A model generated the notes under the pieces. It was given only the letters and a program-made list of their open reading frames with translations. It searched no databases and was not told the DNA's origin. A DNA stretch of 32,000 bases from Candidatus Heimdallarchaeota archaeon (GTDB lineage: Archaea; Asgardarchaeota; Heimdallarchaeia; JABLTI01), in contig JAUWKS010000012.1 of NCBI GenBank assembly GCA_030614005.1, positions 1 through 32,000 on the forward strand, given 5' to 3'. Both the position numbers and the translations under genes were made by a program. Numbering within the stretch: the stretch's first letter is position 1; each line of letters begins with the position of its first letter. Shown here in pieces: positions 8,362-17,945 of this stretch.

Positions 8362-9600
8362 TTACTTTTTATCTTTGAGCATAAGGAGGGTTCTTGTTGA
8401 AAGGTCACTGATTATTTCATTATAGTTAGCAAAAGCTTCTATTGGATGCTCATAATGCGAAAAATAGGAATGTACCTCTCCTGGACCGGCGTCTGCTTGA
8501 GAAATGTAATATAAATGATCTGAAGTTGTCAACATTCGCCATAATCTTAGTAACGTTTTGTCATTGAGTTTTTTAATTGGTTTTTCTAAAAATCGTTGGC
8601 CATCGAAAGAGATGTGTTGTAAAGGATTTCGTAACCAGGCTCCAACATCACGATCATCTGCCCAGCTTATTGTTCCAAAATCACCAATATCAATTGGGTG
8701 AACTGCAGTGTAACGGTCAAACACTTCGCTCGGAGAATTAAATTCTAGATGGTCATATTTGAATAATTCTCCTGGCAGATGTTCCAAAAATTCGAATATT
8801 CCCGTTTCCGCCCACAAGTGCTCTCCTAATGATTCATAATCCATGAAAATATTTATGCTATCACCTTTGTTTGTTGCAAGCCACGAGGCATATTTATCTG
8901 CATACAATGGATATTCTTCCCATCGTCCTGAACTAAATCTAAATGCAATATCATCACTTAATTTGTAATTACGTAAAAGCACTTTCAATTTCGGAGATGT
9001 TTTGCTATTAAAAACGAAATTTGATGTCTTTCCTTTTGGCAATACGTGTTCAATTCCCTCGCCCATAATCCCTTTAAAGCCCATTTCTGAAACTGTGTCC
9101 ATTATAGAATTATTGAGAATTAGTTCTGTATTTCTAAAGATTGTTGGTTTTACACCCAGGAGATCTTTCATTGCTTGAGTGTGCATTTTCACTTGTTCTT
9201 TGAACTCAGACCTATCTACGCCATAAATCGAAGTTAATGAATGGTAAAACGTTTCTCCGAGAAATTCTACACAACCTGTTTCTGCAAGCTGTTTGAAACT
9301 ATCGATTACATCAGCTTGGTATCTTTCTGCTTGCTCTAAAACTGTTCCAGTAACACTAAAAGCTATCTTTACTTTTTTCTTCTCTTTCTTATGTTCATCA
9401 ATTGCTTTCAACCATGTTTTATTTGCTGGTAGGTAGCATTTTTTTGCCACTCTTTGTATTATATCTTTATTTAAGCCTTCAGCAAAATAGAGGTTCTCGA
9501 GATTAGCGGTTGAATTATCATGCGTAAATCTATCCTTTCGGAAATTTTCATTTAATCGAAATGGTTGATGTACTTGAAAATAGAATACAATTGAAGTCAT
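8362..9600 (-). CDS. Glycoside hydrolase family 57 (alpha-amylase-like)
   Basis: YFQVHQPFRL, EFLGETFYHSL, FRNTEL (nucleophile Glu), FMDYESLGEH (acid/base Asp) and TTSDHLYY. Confidence 0.93.
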   Translation of the reverse strand: MTSIVFYFQVHQPFRLNENFRKDRFTHDNSTANLENLYFAEGLNKDIIQRVAKKCYLPANKTWLKAIDEHKKEKKKVKIAFSVTGTVLEQAERYQADVIDSFKQLAETGCVEFLGETFYHSLTSIYGVDRSEFKEQVKMHTQAMKDLLGVKPTIFRNTELILNNSIMDTVSEMGFKGIMGEGIEHVLPKGKTSNFVFNSKTSPKLKVLLRNYKLSDDIAFRFSSGRWEEYPLYADKYASWLATNKGDSINIFMDYESLGEHLWAETGIFEFLEHLPGELFKYDHLEFNSPSEVFDRYTAVHPIDIGDFGTISWADDRDVGAWLRNPLQHISFDGQRFLEKPIKKLNDKTLLRLWRMLTTSDHLYYISQADAGPGEVHSYFSHYEHPIEAFANYNEIISDLSTRTLLMLKDKK

Positions 9601-9814
9601 CTTTTTTCACCCGATAGTATTACTGAAATTGTTTGTTAATTTCTTCTGAAGATAGTTTTATGTTATGTTTTTTATTAATTTATCTAGTAACTGTTCACTA
9701 GGAAAGGTTTTTTTAGTCTCTATTATCTATTGAATCAAAAGTTTTAAACAATAGTAGGATAATAAATACACAGAAGTAATTTAATAGCTTCTTCGTTTCA
9801 GGAGAAAAATAATA

Positions 9815-10333
9815 ATGGTAAATAATGAACCCTTTAGTGTTGAACTCTCACCTTATTTTAAGGAAAGAATATTAAGCTCTATTAGAGCTATAATTGGTTG
9901 CATTATTGGTATCATTGTTATTGCTGGTGCGTTAATTCTTTTAGATGGTAGCACTATGGCTCAATTTGTGATAATTTTCTCTGGCGGAGTTACTATTTTC
10001 ATTACTCTTTGGAGAATTCTCCGTATTGCTACAGTAAAACTTTATGTCAACACAGAAGAAATTCGCTATCGAGATCGTTTCTTGTGGGAACGCATTAGTT
10101 GGTCAGAAATTATTTCGGTTGGTAGAGCAAACGACATTCAAACGAAAGATCATGACTCTGTTCTTAAGAGAATTAAATCGATGATATTCCTAACTGATAG
10201 TGGCGTAAAGCATTTTGATATGTCATCGTATTCACTTACTCATGGCCTTGAGATTGTTAGCAAAGTTATTGATTCCCGTCCAAAAACAGACGAAGAAGAA
10301 GATGATGAAGAACAACTGGAATTAGTCGAATAA
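9815..10333 (+). CDS. Hypothetical membrane protein (2 TM, beta-rich soluble domain possibly bacterial PH-like, acidic tail)
   Basis: Two hydrophobic helices followed by LYVNTEEIRYR...ERISWSEIISV, a pattern typical of bPH domains. The PH call is inference. Confidence 0.55.
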   Translation: MVNNEPFSVELSPYFKERILSSIRAIIGCIIGIIVIAGALILLDGSTMAQFVIIFSGGVTIFITLWRILRIATVKLYVNTEEIRYRDRFLWERISWSEIISVGRANDIQTKDHDSVLKRIKSMIFLTDSGVKHFDMSSYSLTHGLEIVSKVIDSRPKTDEEEDDEEQLELVE

Positions 10334-10416
10334 ATTCTATTGTGTTTTAATTTTTAGTTGCTCAGTTTATTTTGAGAAAAGGAAGAAAAAAGATTCAAGT
10401 TCGATTGAATTGTCAC

Positions 10417-11376
10417 TCAATCTACAATAAAACTTAAATCGATTTTGCCTGCTTGATATATCTTTCCTGTTCTAACATCATTTAATATAACTTCAGATGG
10501 TGCTAAGAGATTTAGATCCATTTTTGAAAAATCGCCACCGGCTTCATTGAAAAGCTCCAAGAACTTTCTACCAAAAGTAGGTGATGATGCAGAGGGTATT
10601 TGCTTTACTAATTCATCTAGATCATCTTCAACATCTGATTTGATTATTAGGTATAATCGGGTACCATAGATTAGTCCATTATTTACTCTATCATTAGAAA
10701 GATTATCATCAATTGACAAAGGGGGTACAATCCCTGTGCCTATTGCATGGAGAATTCGCTCATGAGGATAACCTAATTGTTCCACTAATTTGAATACACC
10801 CAACTCAATTGCCCGTGCAGCCATTTGTAAATATTCAATTAGGCAGCTTGTTTTTATCATCAACAAAGTTAGATTTTTCTTTTCTACCTTGCACTTATCT
10901 GCAAGATATTCTATTACTTCATTAGTAGGTAATTTGTCAGATTCAATACAAAGAATCGCTTGTGTAGCCTCATCCTTGTAATTGATCAATTTGTAACTTT
11001 TTGATGGCTTTTGTGCAACTGCACGTCCGGGACCACAAGCCATGCCAAAGAAATCACCTTTGTTAATGTTCCAGCTTGCTGCTTGGCACCCTATGGTTGC
11101 CAATACGGGATGTGAAGTCTCTACACGCATAGCTATCATTGGGATACTTTTCTCTGCGGGAAAATCAATGTTTACTTTTGCTATGCCACCCAAACTTATT
11201 TTTGTAAAGAGCAATCCTGCAGAAATACTTCCTTCAACGTTTATTCCACAATCAATTATAGTTGCATCATTTATTGTTGAAATTATTACTTGATATTTTT
11301 CGGCATTTTCTTTCAAATCCTTCAGATATTTCAAGGATTCTTTTGTTAATGAAATGTTTTGACTCAATTTTATCAC
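10417..11376 (-). CDS. mch: Methenyltetrahydromethanopterin cyclohydrolase (divergent)
   Basis: IDCGINVEGS..AG, SLGG, SHPVLATIGCQ, GPGRA, QMAARAIE and SSPTFGRKFLELF..AGGDF.KMD..L.AP. Confidence 0.88.
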   Translation of the reverse strand: MIKLSQNISLTKESLKYLKDLKENAEKYQVIISTINDATIIDCGINVEGSISAGLLFTKISLGGIAKVNIDFPAEKSIPMIAMRVETSHPVLATIGCQAASWNINKGDFFGMACGPGRAVAQKPSKSYKLINYKDEATQAILCIESDKLPTNEVIEYLADKCKVEKKNLTLLMIKTSCLIEYLQMAARAIELGVFKLVEQLGYPHERILHAIGTGIVPPLSIDDNLSNDRVNNGLIYGTRLYLIIKSDVEDDLDELVKQIPSASSPTFGRKFLELFNEAGGDFSKMDLNLLAPSEVILNDVRTGKIYQAGKIDLSFIVD

Positions 11377-11389
11377 CTTGTTTTTATGG

Positions 11390-12799
11390 TTAATTTATTT
11401 TTTCTCCTAAACCTATGCCAGTATAGATGATGCCTTCTTTTCTGAAGGTCTCATAATCATAAATCCTTCGCCCATCTATCACAACAGGTTTTTTCATTTT
11501 TTTGAAATCTTTTGGTTCTAATTTCTTAAATTGATTCCACTCTGTTACAATGAGGCATGCATCAGTATTATCAAAAATTTCTTCGAGAGAATTTGCATAA
11601 GTTATCTTGTCTCCCAGCTCACTTTCTTTTTTGGCTTCTTCGATTGCTTGAGGATCCCAAGCTATTACATTAGCTCCCTTTGACAATAGTTCATTAATAA
11701 TAGTTATTGACGGAGCATTTCTCATATCATCTGTTTCAGGTTTAAACGACAAACCCAAAATTGCTATTTGTTTTTCTTTTAGATTGCCAATCTTTTCTTC
11801 TGTTAGTTGGACCATTCGTTTTGCTTGTTGAGCATTAACAACCATTACACTTTCCAATAGTTTCGGAGTATGATTATGATCTTTCGCAAAAGTAATCATT
11901 GCATTTACATCTTTTTGAAAACATGAACCGCCAAAACCAGCACCTGCTTGTAAAAATTTGGGGTTTATTCTAAAGTCTAAACCAATTGCTTCTGCAACAT
12001 GTTTAATATCTACTCCGGGAACTCGTTCGCAAATATTCGCAAATTCATTAATGAAAGATATTTTTGTTGCAAGAAATGAATTATTAGCATACTTGATGCA
12101 TTCTGCAGTTTCAATTGAGTGTCGTAAAATTTGTGGACAAGTAACTTTTTTACCAAAAATTGTTTCCCAAATTTTAGAAAATTCATCATCTTCAACTCTA
12201 TAGAGATGTTGGAAAATTGCTTCCAACTTTTTACCCGACTTTTCATCAAATTGTCCAATAACAATTTTATCCGGAAAAATAGTATCATGAACACTTTGTC
12301 CTTCTCTTAGAAATTCTGGACTCATGCATAAACCAAAATCAATGCCTGCTTTTTTGTTTGATTCCTTTTCAATTATTGTTTTAATTATCGTTCTCGTTGT
12401 CTCAGGAACAATGGTTGATTTTGCAACAACAAGATGATACCCATCCTTTTGTGCTAGTGCTTTTCCAATATCTTTTGCTGCGCTTTCAATAAACTTTAGA
12501 TCACAACTTCCGTCACTTTTAGATGGTGTACCTACACATATGAGTGTAACATCGCTTTCTTGTATTGATTTTATTCTTTCTGTACTCGCTGTTAAGGTTT
12601 TTTTCTCCAAAACTACTCGTTTGATTAATTCTGGGAGGTGTGGTTCAAAGAAGAACGTTTCTCCTTTATTTACTGCAGCAACTTTTTTCTCATCGAGATC
12701 TAATGCTGTTGTTGAAAACCCTCTATCAGCAAATACTCCCGCAGTAATTAGTCCAACATAACCTGTGCCACTTACGGTTAGTTTGATTTCTTTATGCAT
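11390..12799 (-). CDS. ugd: UDP-glucose/GDP-mannose 6-dehydrogenase family protein
   Basis: GTGYVG, ICVGTPS, KSTIVP, PEFLREG, KYANNSFLATKISFINE, GFGGSCFQKD and LSFKPETDDMR. Confidence 0.95.
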   Translation of the reverse strand: MHKEIKLTVSGTGYVGLITAGVFADRGFSTTALDLDEKKVAAVNKGETFFFEPHLPELIKRVVLEKKTLTASTERIKSIQESDVTLICVGTPSKSDGSCDLKFIESAAKDIGKALAQKDGYHLVVAKSTIVPETTRTIIKTIIEKESNKKAGIDFGLCMSPEFLREGQSVHDTIFPDKIVIGQFDEKSGKKLEAIFQHLYRVEDDEFSKIWETIFGKKVTCPQILRHSIETAECIKYANNSFLATKISFINEFANICERVPGVDIKHVAEAIGLDFRINPKFLQAGAGFGGSCFQKDVNAMITFAKDHNHTPKLLESVMVVNAQQAKRMVQLTEEKIGNLKEKQIAILGLSFKPETDDMRNAPSITIINELLSKGANVIAWDPQAIEEAKKESELGDKITYANSLEEIFDNTDACLIVTEWNQFKKLEPKDFKKMKKPVVIDGRRIYDYETFRKEGIIYTGIGLGEKIN

Positions 12800-12937
12800 A
12801 ATAATACTCTCTTGAATTTCTCTCGATAATAATTTTTTTATCTTTATCTATTTAAGCGCTCTTATGATTTTTAATTTATAGCTTTTAAAAGGAAAATTCA
12901 GTATATATTATTAGAGAACAAGTTGGAACTATGACCA

Positions 12938-13261
12938 ATGACAGTTAAAACTGATAATCTTAAACTTGATTTTACCATTATTAGAAATCAAAAAATAATC
13001 GAATTAGAACAAAATCTCATTTTAGATGATACTAATTCAGATCTACTTTTGCAACTAGCACAGGAACACTTTGATATAGGCAATTATTTACGTGCCCTGA
13101 ACTGCTTTTTCAAAGCGTTATCTTTTGAGCCGGAAAATGGAAGGATATGGAATAAGCTTGCTGTTGTTTTCATTAAACTAGGTAATTTTAGTGCTGCAAT
13201 GAATTTATCGCGTATTGCTTACCGGTTGATAACCCAAGAACAAAATGCAGTTAGTAGTTGA
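12938..13261 (+). CDS. Small tetratricopeptide-repeat protein
   Basis: LLQLAQEHFDIGNYLRALNCFFKALSFEPENGRIWNKLAVVFIKLGNFSAA gives about two TPR units. Confidence 0.8.
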   Translation: MTVKTDNLKLDFTIIRNQKIIELEQNLILDDTNSDLLLQLAQEHFDIGNYLRALNCFFKALSFEPENGRIWNKLAVVFIKLGNFSAAMNLSRIAYRLITQEQNAVSS

Positions 13262-13373
13262 ACTCTTTAACATTTTACTAACACATTTTTTACTAAAAAT
13301 TATATTTTCATTGATTTGTAAAGATAAATAAAAGCGATATCAAATATTAATTTATACAATTTGGTGGTCGTAT

Positions 13374-14333
13374 ATGTCAGAGAATAATGAAGAAGATATT
13401 TTCGAAGATGTTGAAGAGGGAAAAATTGATGAGTTGCAACTTGAATTACATAAAGAAGAAAAAGAAACAAAGCCTCCAATTCCTCTTAACAAATTATTAT
13501 TGATCTTCCTTGCAGTCCTTCTAGGTTCTTCGGGAATCGCTGTTGCTTTAGGTGCAATATCAAATGCTATAGCTACAGAAAGTATGAATAGTTTTGCGGA
13601 GTGGGTTATCATCTATCTAATGTTGTTCGGAGGAATTGCAATTATAGGTGGTGGAGTAAGTGGTTTTTGGGGCGGTCAAAGAAAAATCCCTATTCGCTTA
13701 GTAAGCCCAAGTGATGCTTCTGTTATTGGCATTGGCCTGCTTGTATGTGGTTATGTGATAGAGGACTGTATTGACAATGAAATTGAATTTACTATTTATG
13801 ATTTGAAGAAAAACATTCTCTACGAAGAAATTTTACACATCCAAGAAAATGGGCTCTTTTACACTGAGATAATGGATGAATTCGCTCCAAAAAAGAAAAC
13901 GACAACAATTATTGTTGAAGCTTGGGTAGTTTCTGCAAAAACTAAAGAAAGAAAATTTGTTGTTAGAGCTACTAAACTTGAGGATATGAATACTAATTCA
14001 GAAGGAATTAAAATTGGCAATCTTCACTTCTTCCCTCTAGTACACAAAGATTTTGCTGATAAAGCCAAAGCTATCTTTGACCCCCGCAGAAAAGAGAAAG
14101 GAGTAATTGAAAACGTTCCTATAAGCGGTGGTGGATCGACTAATATCTTCCATCCTAGTAAAGATGTTTCTGAAGATAAATTCGTTCCTTTCTCCTTTGA
14201 GCGAGTAGCAAAAATGCGCTTAAACGCTCTTTATTTTGACATTAAACGTTCCCGTCGAATAATTATTTCGCTATTCTTTTTCCTAGTGGGTGCTGGATTC
14301 TTTATTTATCCAATAATCGCTATTTTCACTTGA
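13374..14333 (+). CDS. Hypothetical membrane protein (acidic N-tail, 2 TM, large soluble domain, C-terminal TM)
   Basis: Hydropathy pattern of the translated ORF and a GGTGGT SD-like motif. No family recognised. Confidence 0.7.
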   Translation: MSENNEEDIFEDVEEGKIDELQLELHKEEKETKPPIPLNKLLLIFLAVLLGSSGIAVALGAISNAIATESMNSFAEWVIIYLMLFGGIAIIGGGVSGFWGGQRKIPIRLVSPSDASVIGIGLLVCGYVIEDCIDNEIEFTIYDLKKNILYEEILHIQENGLFYTEIMDEFAPKKKTTTIIVEAWVVSAKTKERKFVVRATKLEDMNTNSEGIKIGNLHFFPLVHKDFADKAKAIFDPRRKEKGVIENVPISGGGSTNIFHPSKDVSEDKFVPFSFERVAKMRLNALYFDIKRSRRIIISLFFFLVGAGFFIYPIIAIFT

Positions 14334-14402
14334 ATAAAATAAAGGAATACCTCGAAAGTTTTATCTTTCGATTATTTTTTTTAATAGTTAGAGGACAGTA
14401 TA

Positions 14403-15977
14403 ATGAAGTATAATTTGCAGTTTAGTTTAAAATTACGAGGGAAATTTCCTGTTGAAGCTCAGGAGAAGATGAAAGGGTGGTTTGCTGAACTTGAGCAATT
14501 ATTAGAAAAAGGCATTCAAGAGAAAGATTTGAAGAATATTTCTAAAGTTAAGAAATGGGCTATAAAATCAGTGAATGAGAAAGAAGATGAATTGCTTTTA
14601 ACTGTAGTTAGTGGAGAGTCGATGCCTGCTCATCACGCTTTACTAAGAATGAGAAAATTCTTCAGTGGCAAATTTGGTAAAGAATTTCGATTAGGAATTA
14701 GTGGCATTGATATTAAATCATATAAAATCGACATCGACATTCCAAATAAACCAGCAAAGGAGTTTACATTGCCTTTCGTTTCTTCCATTAAATTTACAGA
14801 TGATACTGCAAAAATAATCCTTGAAAAAAACATTCCAATTGATTTTATTGAAAAAGGAACCATTGATAGAATTGTTAAATTAGTTAGAAATAAAATTGAG
14901 GAACAAATCATTCGAGGAAAAGATGAACACCATATGGTAGTTTGGTCTAGCGAGCAGAAAAATCCTACTACTACTGAAAATCCTACTGATATAATGATTA
15001 AAGAGGGTTGGATACAAAGAACTAGTTATCGTAATCAATGGATTTTTGCACCAGCTATTAGCGCTTTGACTGAAACACTGAAGGAAATTATGGTTGAGCA
15101 TCTTTACAAACCTCTAGGATTTAAAAATATGATTTTTCCCAAAGTCGTTCCTTGGGAAGTTTGGAAAAGAAGTGGTCATTTATCAGGTATTTATCAAGGT
15201 GGGTTTGAACCGTATTTTGTGTGTACACCAAAAACTGCTGATCCTGAATATTGGGAAGAAATTGCGGATTACTTTAGGATTACCCTTGAAATTGAACCTG
15301 AAAAAATTATGGAAAAACTTAGACCACCTATTGGCGGATTGAGTTTTGCTCAATGTCCACCATTTTGGTCCTTTTTACAAGGTAAAACTATTTCTGATGA
15401 TAGTTTTCCATTATTTTATTACGATTGGTCAGGACCCACTTTTCGATATGAAAGCGGCGCTGCACATGGTTTTGAACGTGTAGATGAACTTCATCGTATT
15501 GAAACTTTGTATATTGGTTTTCCAGAACAGATAAAAAAAGTTGCCCAAGATCTTCGAGTTAATTTTAGAAAGATTATTGGTGATATTCTTGATCTTGAAT
15601 TTAGAGAAGCATGGGTAACTCCTTGGTGGGCTTCACAAGAAGGGAAAGGTGATGATGAAGAGGAAGGAACCGTTGAATTGAAAAATTTTGATCAAATTGG
15701 CACTATTGATATGGAAATTTACTTGCCTTATCGAGGAAAGCGCGATCAAAGTAATTGGTTGGAAACACAAAATGTTTCAATTTTAGGCAATAAATATACT
15801 AAGAGTTTCACTGTAAAATCACAATCAGGGAAAGAACTTTGGTCTGGTTGTGGTGGTGGAAGTTTTGAAAGGTATATCTCTGCTTTCGTTGCTCAGAAGG
15901 GAACCAATCCAGATAAATGGCCTGAGAAATTATTGAAATATATTGATGAACTTCCTTCAGGTCCTACTTTTCTGTAG
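14403..15977 (+). CDS. serS: Seryl-tRNA synthetase, methanogen-type (type 2, zinc-dependent)
   Basis: Mixed alpha/beta N-domain with HHALLRMRK, FAQCPPFW, DWSGPTFRYESG..HG.ERVDELHRIE (motif 2) and SGCGGGSFER (motif 3). The Cys/Glu/Cys zinc ligands are present. Confidence 0.92.
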   Translation: MKYNLQFSLKLRGKFPVEAQEKMKGWFAELEQLLEKGIQEKDLKNISKVKKWAIKSVNEKEDELLLTVVSGESMPAHHALLRMRKFFSGKFGKEFRLGISGIDIKSYKIDIDIPNKPAKEFTLPFVSSIKFTDDTAKIILEKNIPIDFIEKGTIDRIVKLVRNKIEEQIIRGKDEHHMVVWSSEQKNPTTTENPTDIMIKEGWIQRTSYRNQWIFAPAISALTETLKEIMVEHLYKPLGFKNMIFPKVVPWEVWKRSGHLSGIYQGGFEPYFVCTPKTADPEYWEEIADYFRITLEIEPEKIMEKLRPPIGGLSFAQCPPFWSFLQGKTISDDSFPLFYYDWSGPTFRYESGAAHGFERVDELHRIETLYIGFPEQIKKVAQDLRVNFRKIIGDILDLEFREAWVTPWWASQEGKGDDEEEGTVELKNFDQIGTIDMEIYLPYRGKRDQSNWLETQNVSILGNKYTKSFTVKSQSGKELWSGCGGGSFERYISAFVAQKGTNPDKWPEKLLKYIDELPSGPTFL

Positions 15978-16012
15978 GATTTCATTTTCTTATAAAATAT
16001 AGGTGCATTATA

Positions 16013-16516
16013 ATGAGTCATAAAATCAAAAAAGAAAAGTTGCTTAAAGTTATTTCAATGAATAAAAAAATCTGTTTAATGGGTATAGGCAATTTTGATA
16101 GAGCGGATGACTATTCTGGGATAGCAATTATAGAAAACCTTGAACGAAAAAAATTTACTGAAAACATCAAAATCATTAATGCAGGACCTGTTCCTGAAGC
16201 TTTTACTGGAGTGATTAAAGATTTCAAACCGGATATTCTTGTGATAGTTGATGCTGCTAAGATGGACGAGAAACCCGGTACAATCAGAGTTTTTACTGAG
16301 AAAGACATTGATGATGCTTATATGGTTACTCCCCACCAAGTCTCAATGACTATGTATATGAAGTATCTCAAGCATTACTTGAAAGATCTTTCTGGAATAT
16401 TTATTGGTATCGAACCCCTATCTCTTGAATATATGGAAGAAATGTCTGCTGAAGTAAAGGGTAGCGTAGAATATGTTTCAGAATACTTGATTGATCTATT
16501 ACAAAAACATGGATAA
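16013..16516 (+). CDS. hycI: Hydrogenase maturation protease (HycI-like)
   Basis: MGIGNFDRADDYSG, GPVPEAFT, IVDAA and a His motif (TPHQ). Confidence 0.85.
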   Translation: MSHKIKKEKLLKVISMNKKICLMGIGNFDRADDYSGIAIIENLERKKFTENIKIINAGPVPEAFTGVIKDFKPDILVIVDAAKMDEKPGTIRVFTEKDIDDAYMVTPHQVSMTMYMKYLKHYLKDLSGIFIGIEPLSLEYMEEMSAEVKGSVEYVSEYLIDLLQKHG

Positions 16517-17390
16517 AAGGCTGATTTCGTTGATTCGTGGTCGGGATAGTAAAAGAGCTAAAATACACAAATTGCTTGAAGATCATATCCCTTCAAATCT
16601 TTCCTCTTATATTCCGCACGGTTGGTGGTATATTGGAGACGTTCTTATTATTTCAATTCCTAAACAACTCCTTGATTTTAAGCACATTATTGGTGAAGTG
16701 TTTCTGCATGTAGAGCAAGGAAAAGCTCGTTCGGTATTTGGCAAAGTTGGTCCAACAAAAGATATCATTCGAACACCAGAATTTACCTATCTTGCAGGAG
16801 ATACTAATTCTGAAACTCTTCACAAAGAATTAGGGTGTCAGTTTAAAATTGATGCTGCTAAGCTTACCTTTTCCCCGGGTAATCATGGAGAAAGAAAAAG
16901 ATTAATCGATATTGTACAAAAAAATGAGTTCATTATTGATATGTTTAGCTGCGTTGGAAACCTTTCATTACCTCTTGCTGTTAATAATGAACCCAAGAAG
17001 ATTATTGCTACAGAAATAAATCCGTTAGCGTATAGATACCTTGAAGAAAATATTAAACTGAATAAAGTTGAGGATAGAATATTTGCTATATTTGGCGATA
17101 ATCGAACAGTTCTATCGGAGTATCAAGGTCAAGCAGATAGAGTACTCTTTGGTTATTTTAATGGAGATGACCAACAGAAAAGATTAGCTATAAGATTATG
17201 TAAGAAGGGAGGAATAGTTCATTTCCATGAAATAGTTCCTGCAAAAGAGGAAGAAACGGATAAATTGATTAAAAAATTAGTAGTTATTATTGAACAAGAA
17301 ACTAAATCTGATATGGATATTGCCTTTAAACGAGTGAAAAAATTTTCACCCGGTATGGATCATATAGTATTTGATGTGAAAATTAATTAG
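16509..17390 (+). CDS. taw2: tRNA(Phe) wyosine aminocarboxypropyltransferase Taw2/TYW2 (Met-10/Trm5 superfamily); ORF track start 16491, 16509 preferred
   Basis: FSPGN..ER, DMFSCVG, EINP.AYRYL.ENIKLN, DRVLFGY (not the NLP of Trm5) and HFHE. ATG 16509 overlaps the hycI stop by 8 nt. Confidence 0.75.
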   Translation: MDKRLISLIRGRDSKRAKIHKLLEDHIPSNLSSYIPHGWWYIGDVLIISIPKQLLDFKHIIGEVFLHVEQGKARSVFGKVGPTKDIIRTPEFTYLAGDTNSETLHKELGCQFKIDAAKLTFSPGNHGERKRLIDIVQKNEFIIDMFSCVGNLSLPLAVNNEPKKIIATEINPLAYRYLEENIKLNKVEDRIFAIFGDNRTVLSEYQGQADRVLFGYFNGDDQQKRLAIRLCKKGGIVHFHEIVPAKEEETDKLIKKLVVIIEQETKSDMDIAFKRVKKFSPGMDHIVFDVKIN

Positions 17391-17427
17391 AATGGGAAAT
17401 GGAATAGTAAGTAACGTGGTGTAAAAA

Positions 17428-17934
17428 TTGGCTCCTAAGACTAAAGGTACAAAACCAGATAAATGGACAAAAAGACAATTACGTACGATAGCTCAATATC
17501 AATTTGGTCCTGAATTTGCAGATATATTAGCACCGGAAGGCATCTTTGTAACCTTTTCTAAAAGAACTAAAAAAGTTAGGGAAATTATCTACAACGACCA
17601 AAGATTGGCAACTTTAAGACCAACAGATGGAGCTTATTCTCTTGGCATAGCAGGAGCAGAAAGAATAGTTCAAGAAACCAAAAGTCCTAAGAGAAGAGTT
17701 GTTGTGCTTACTGATATTGCAGAATTTATTGCTGATGGACGAAATGTTTTTGCTAAACACGTTGTAAGTGTTGATCCTACAATACAACCTGAAGATGAAG
17801 TGATTATCGTATCAGAAGAGGACAAACTCTTAGCTGTTGGTCGAGCAAAACTTTCTGCAGAATATATGCTTGCATTTCAAAGTGGAACAGCTGTTAAAGT
17901 TCGTTATGGTATAAAGAAACTACAGAAAAAATAA
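17428..17934 (+). CDS. PUA-domain RNA-binding protein resembling the C-terminal domains of archaeosine tRNA-guanine transglycosylase (split-type subunit)
   Basis: IAQYQFG, RLATLRPTDG, GRNVFAKHV..VD..I.PEDEVIIV and LLAVGRA.LS..M..F.SGTAVKVR. TTG start. Confidence 0.8.
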   Translation: MAPKTKGTKPDKWTKRQLRTIAQYQFGPEFADILAPEGIFVTFSKRTKKVREIIYNDQRLATLRPTDGAYSLGIAGAERIVQETKSPKRRVVVLTDIAEFIADGRNVFAKHVVSVDPTIQPEDEVIIVSEEDKLLAVGRAKLSAEYMLAFQSGTAVKVRYGIKKLQKK

Positions 17935-17945
17935 TTTAATAAGGA

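Noticed and set aside
5929-13612. Overlapping ORFs at 5929, 7223, 7992, 10790, 11042, 11958, 12010, 12540 and 13352
   Set aside because: Each is nested in or opposite a motif-supported CDS and has no independent coding signal.
10417-15977. Methanogen assignment from mch plus type-2 SerRS
   Set aside because: No mcr, mtr or other methanogenesis genes are in the window. Both genes occur outside methanogens, and the remaining content suggests a heterotroph.
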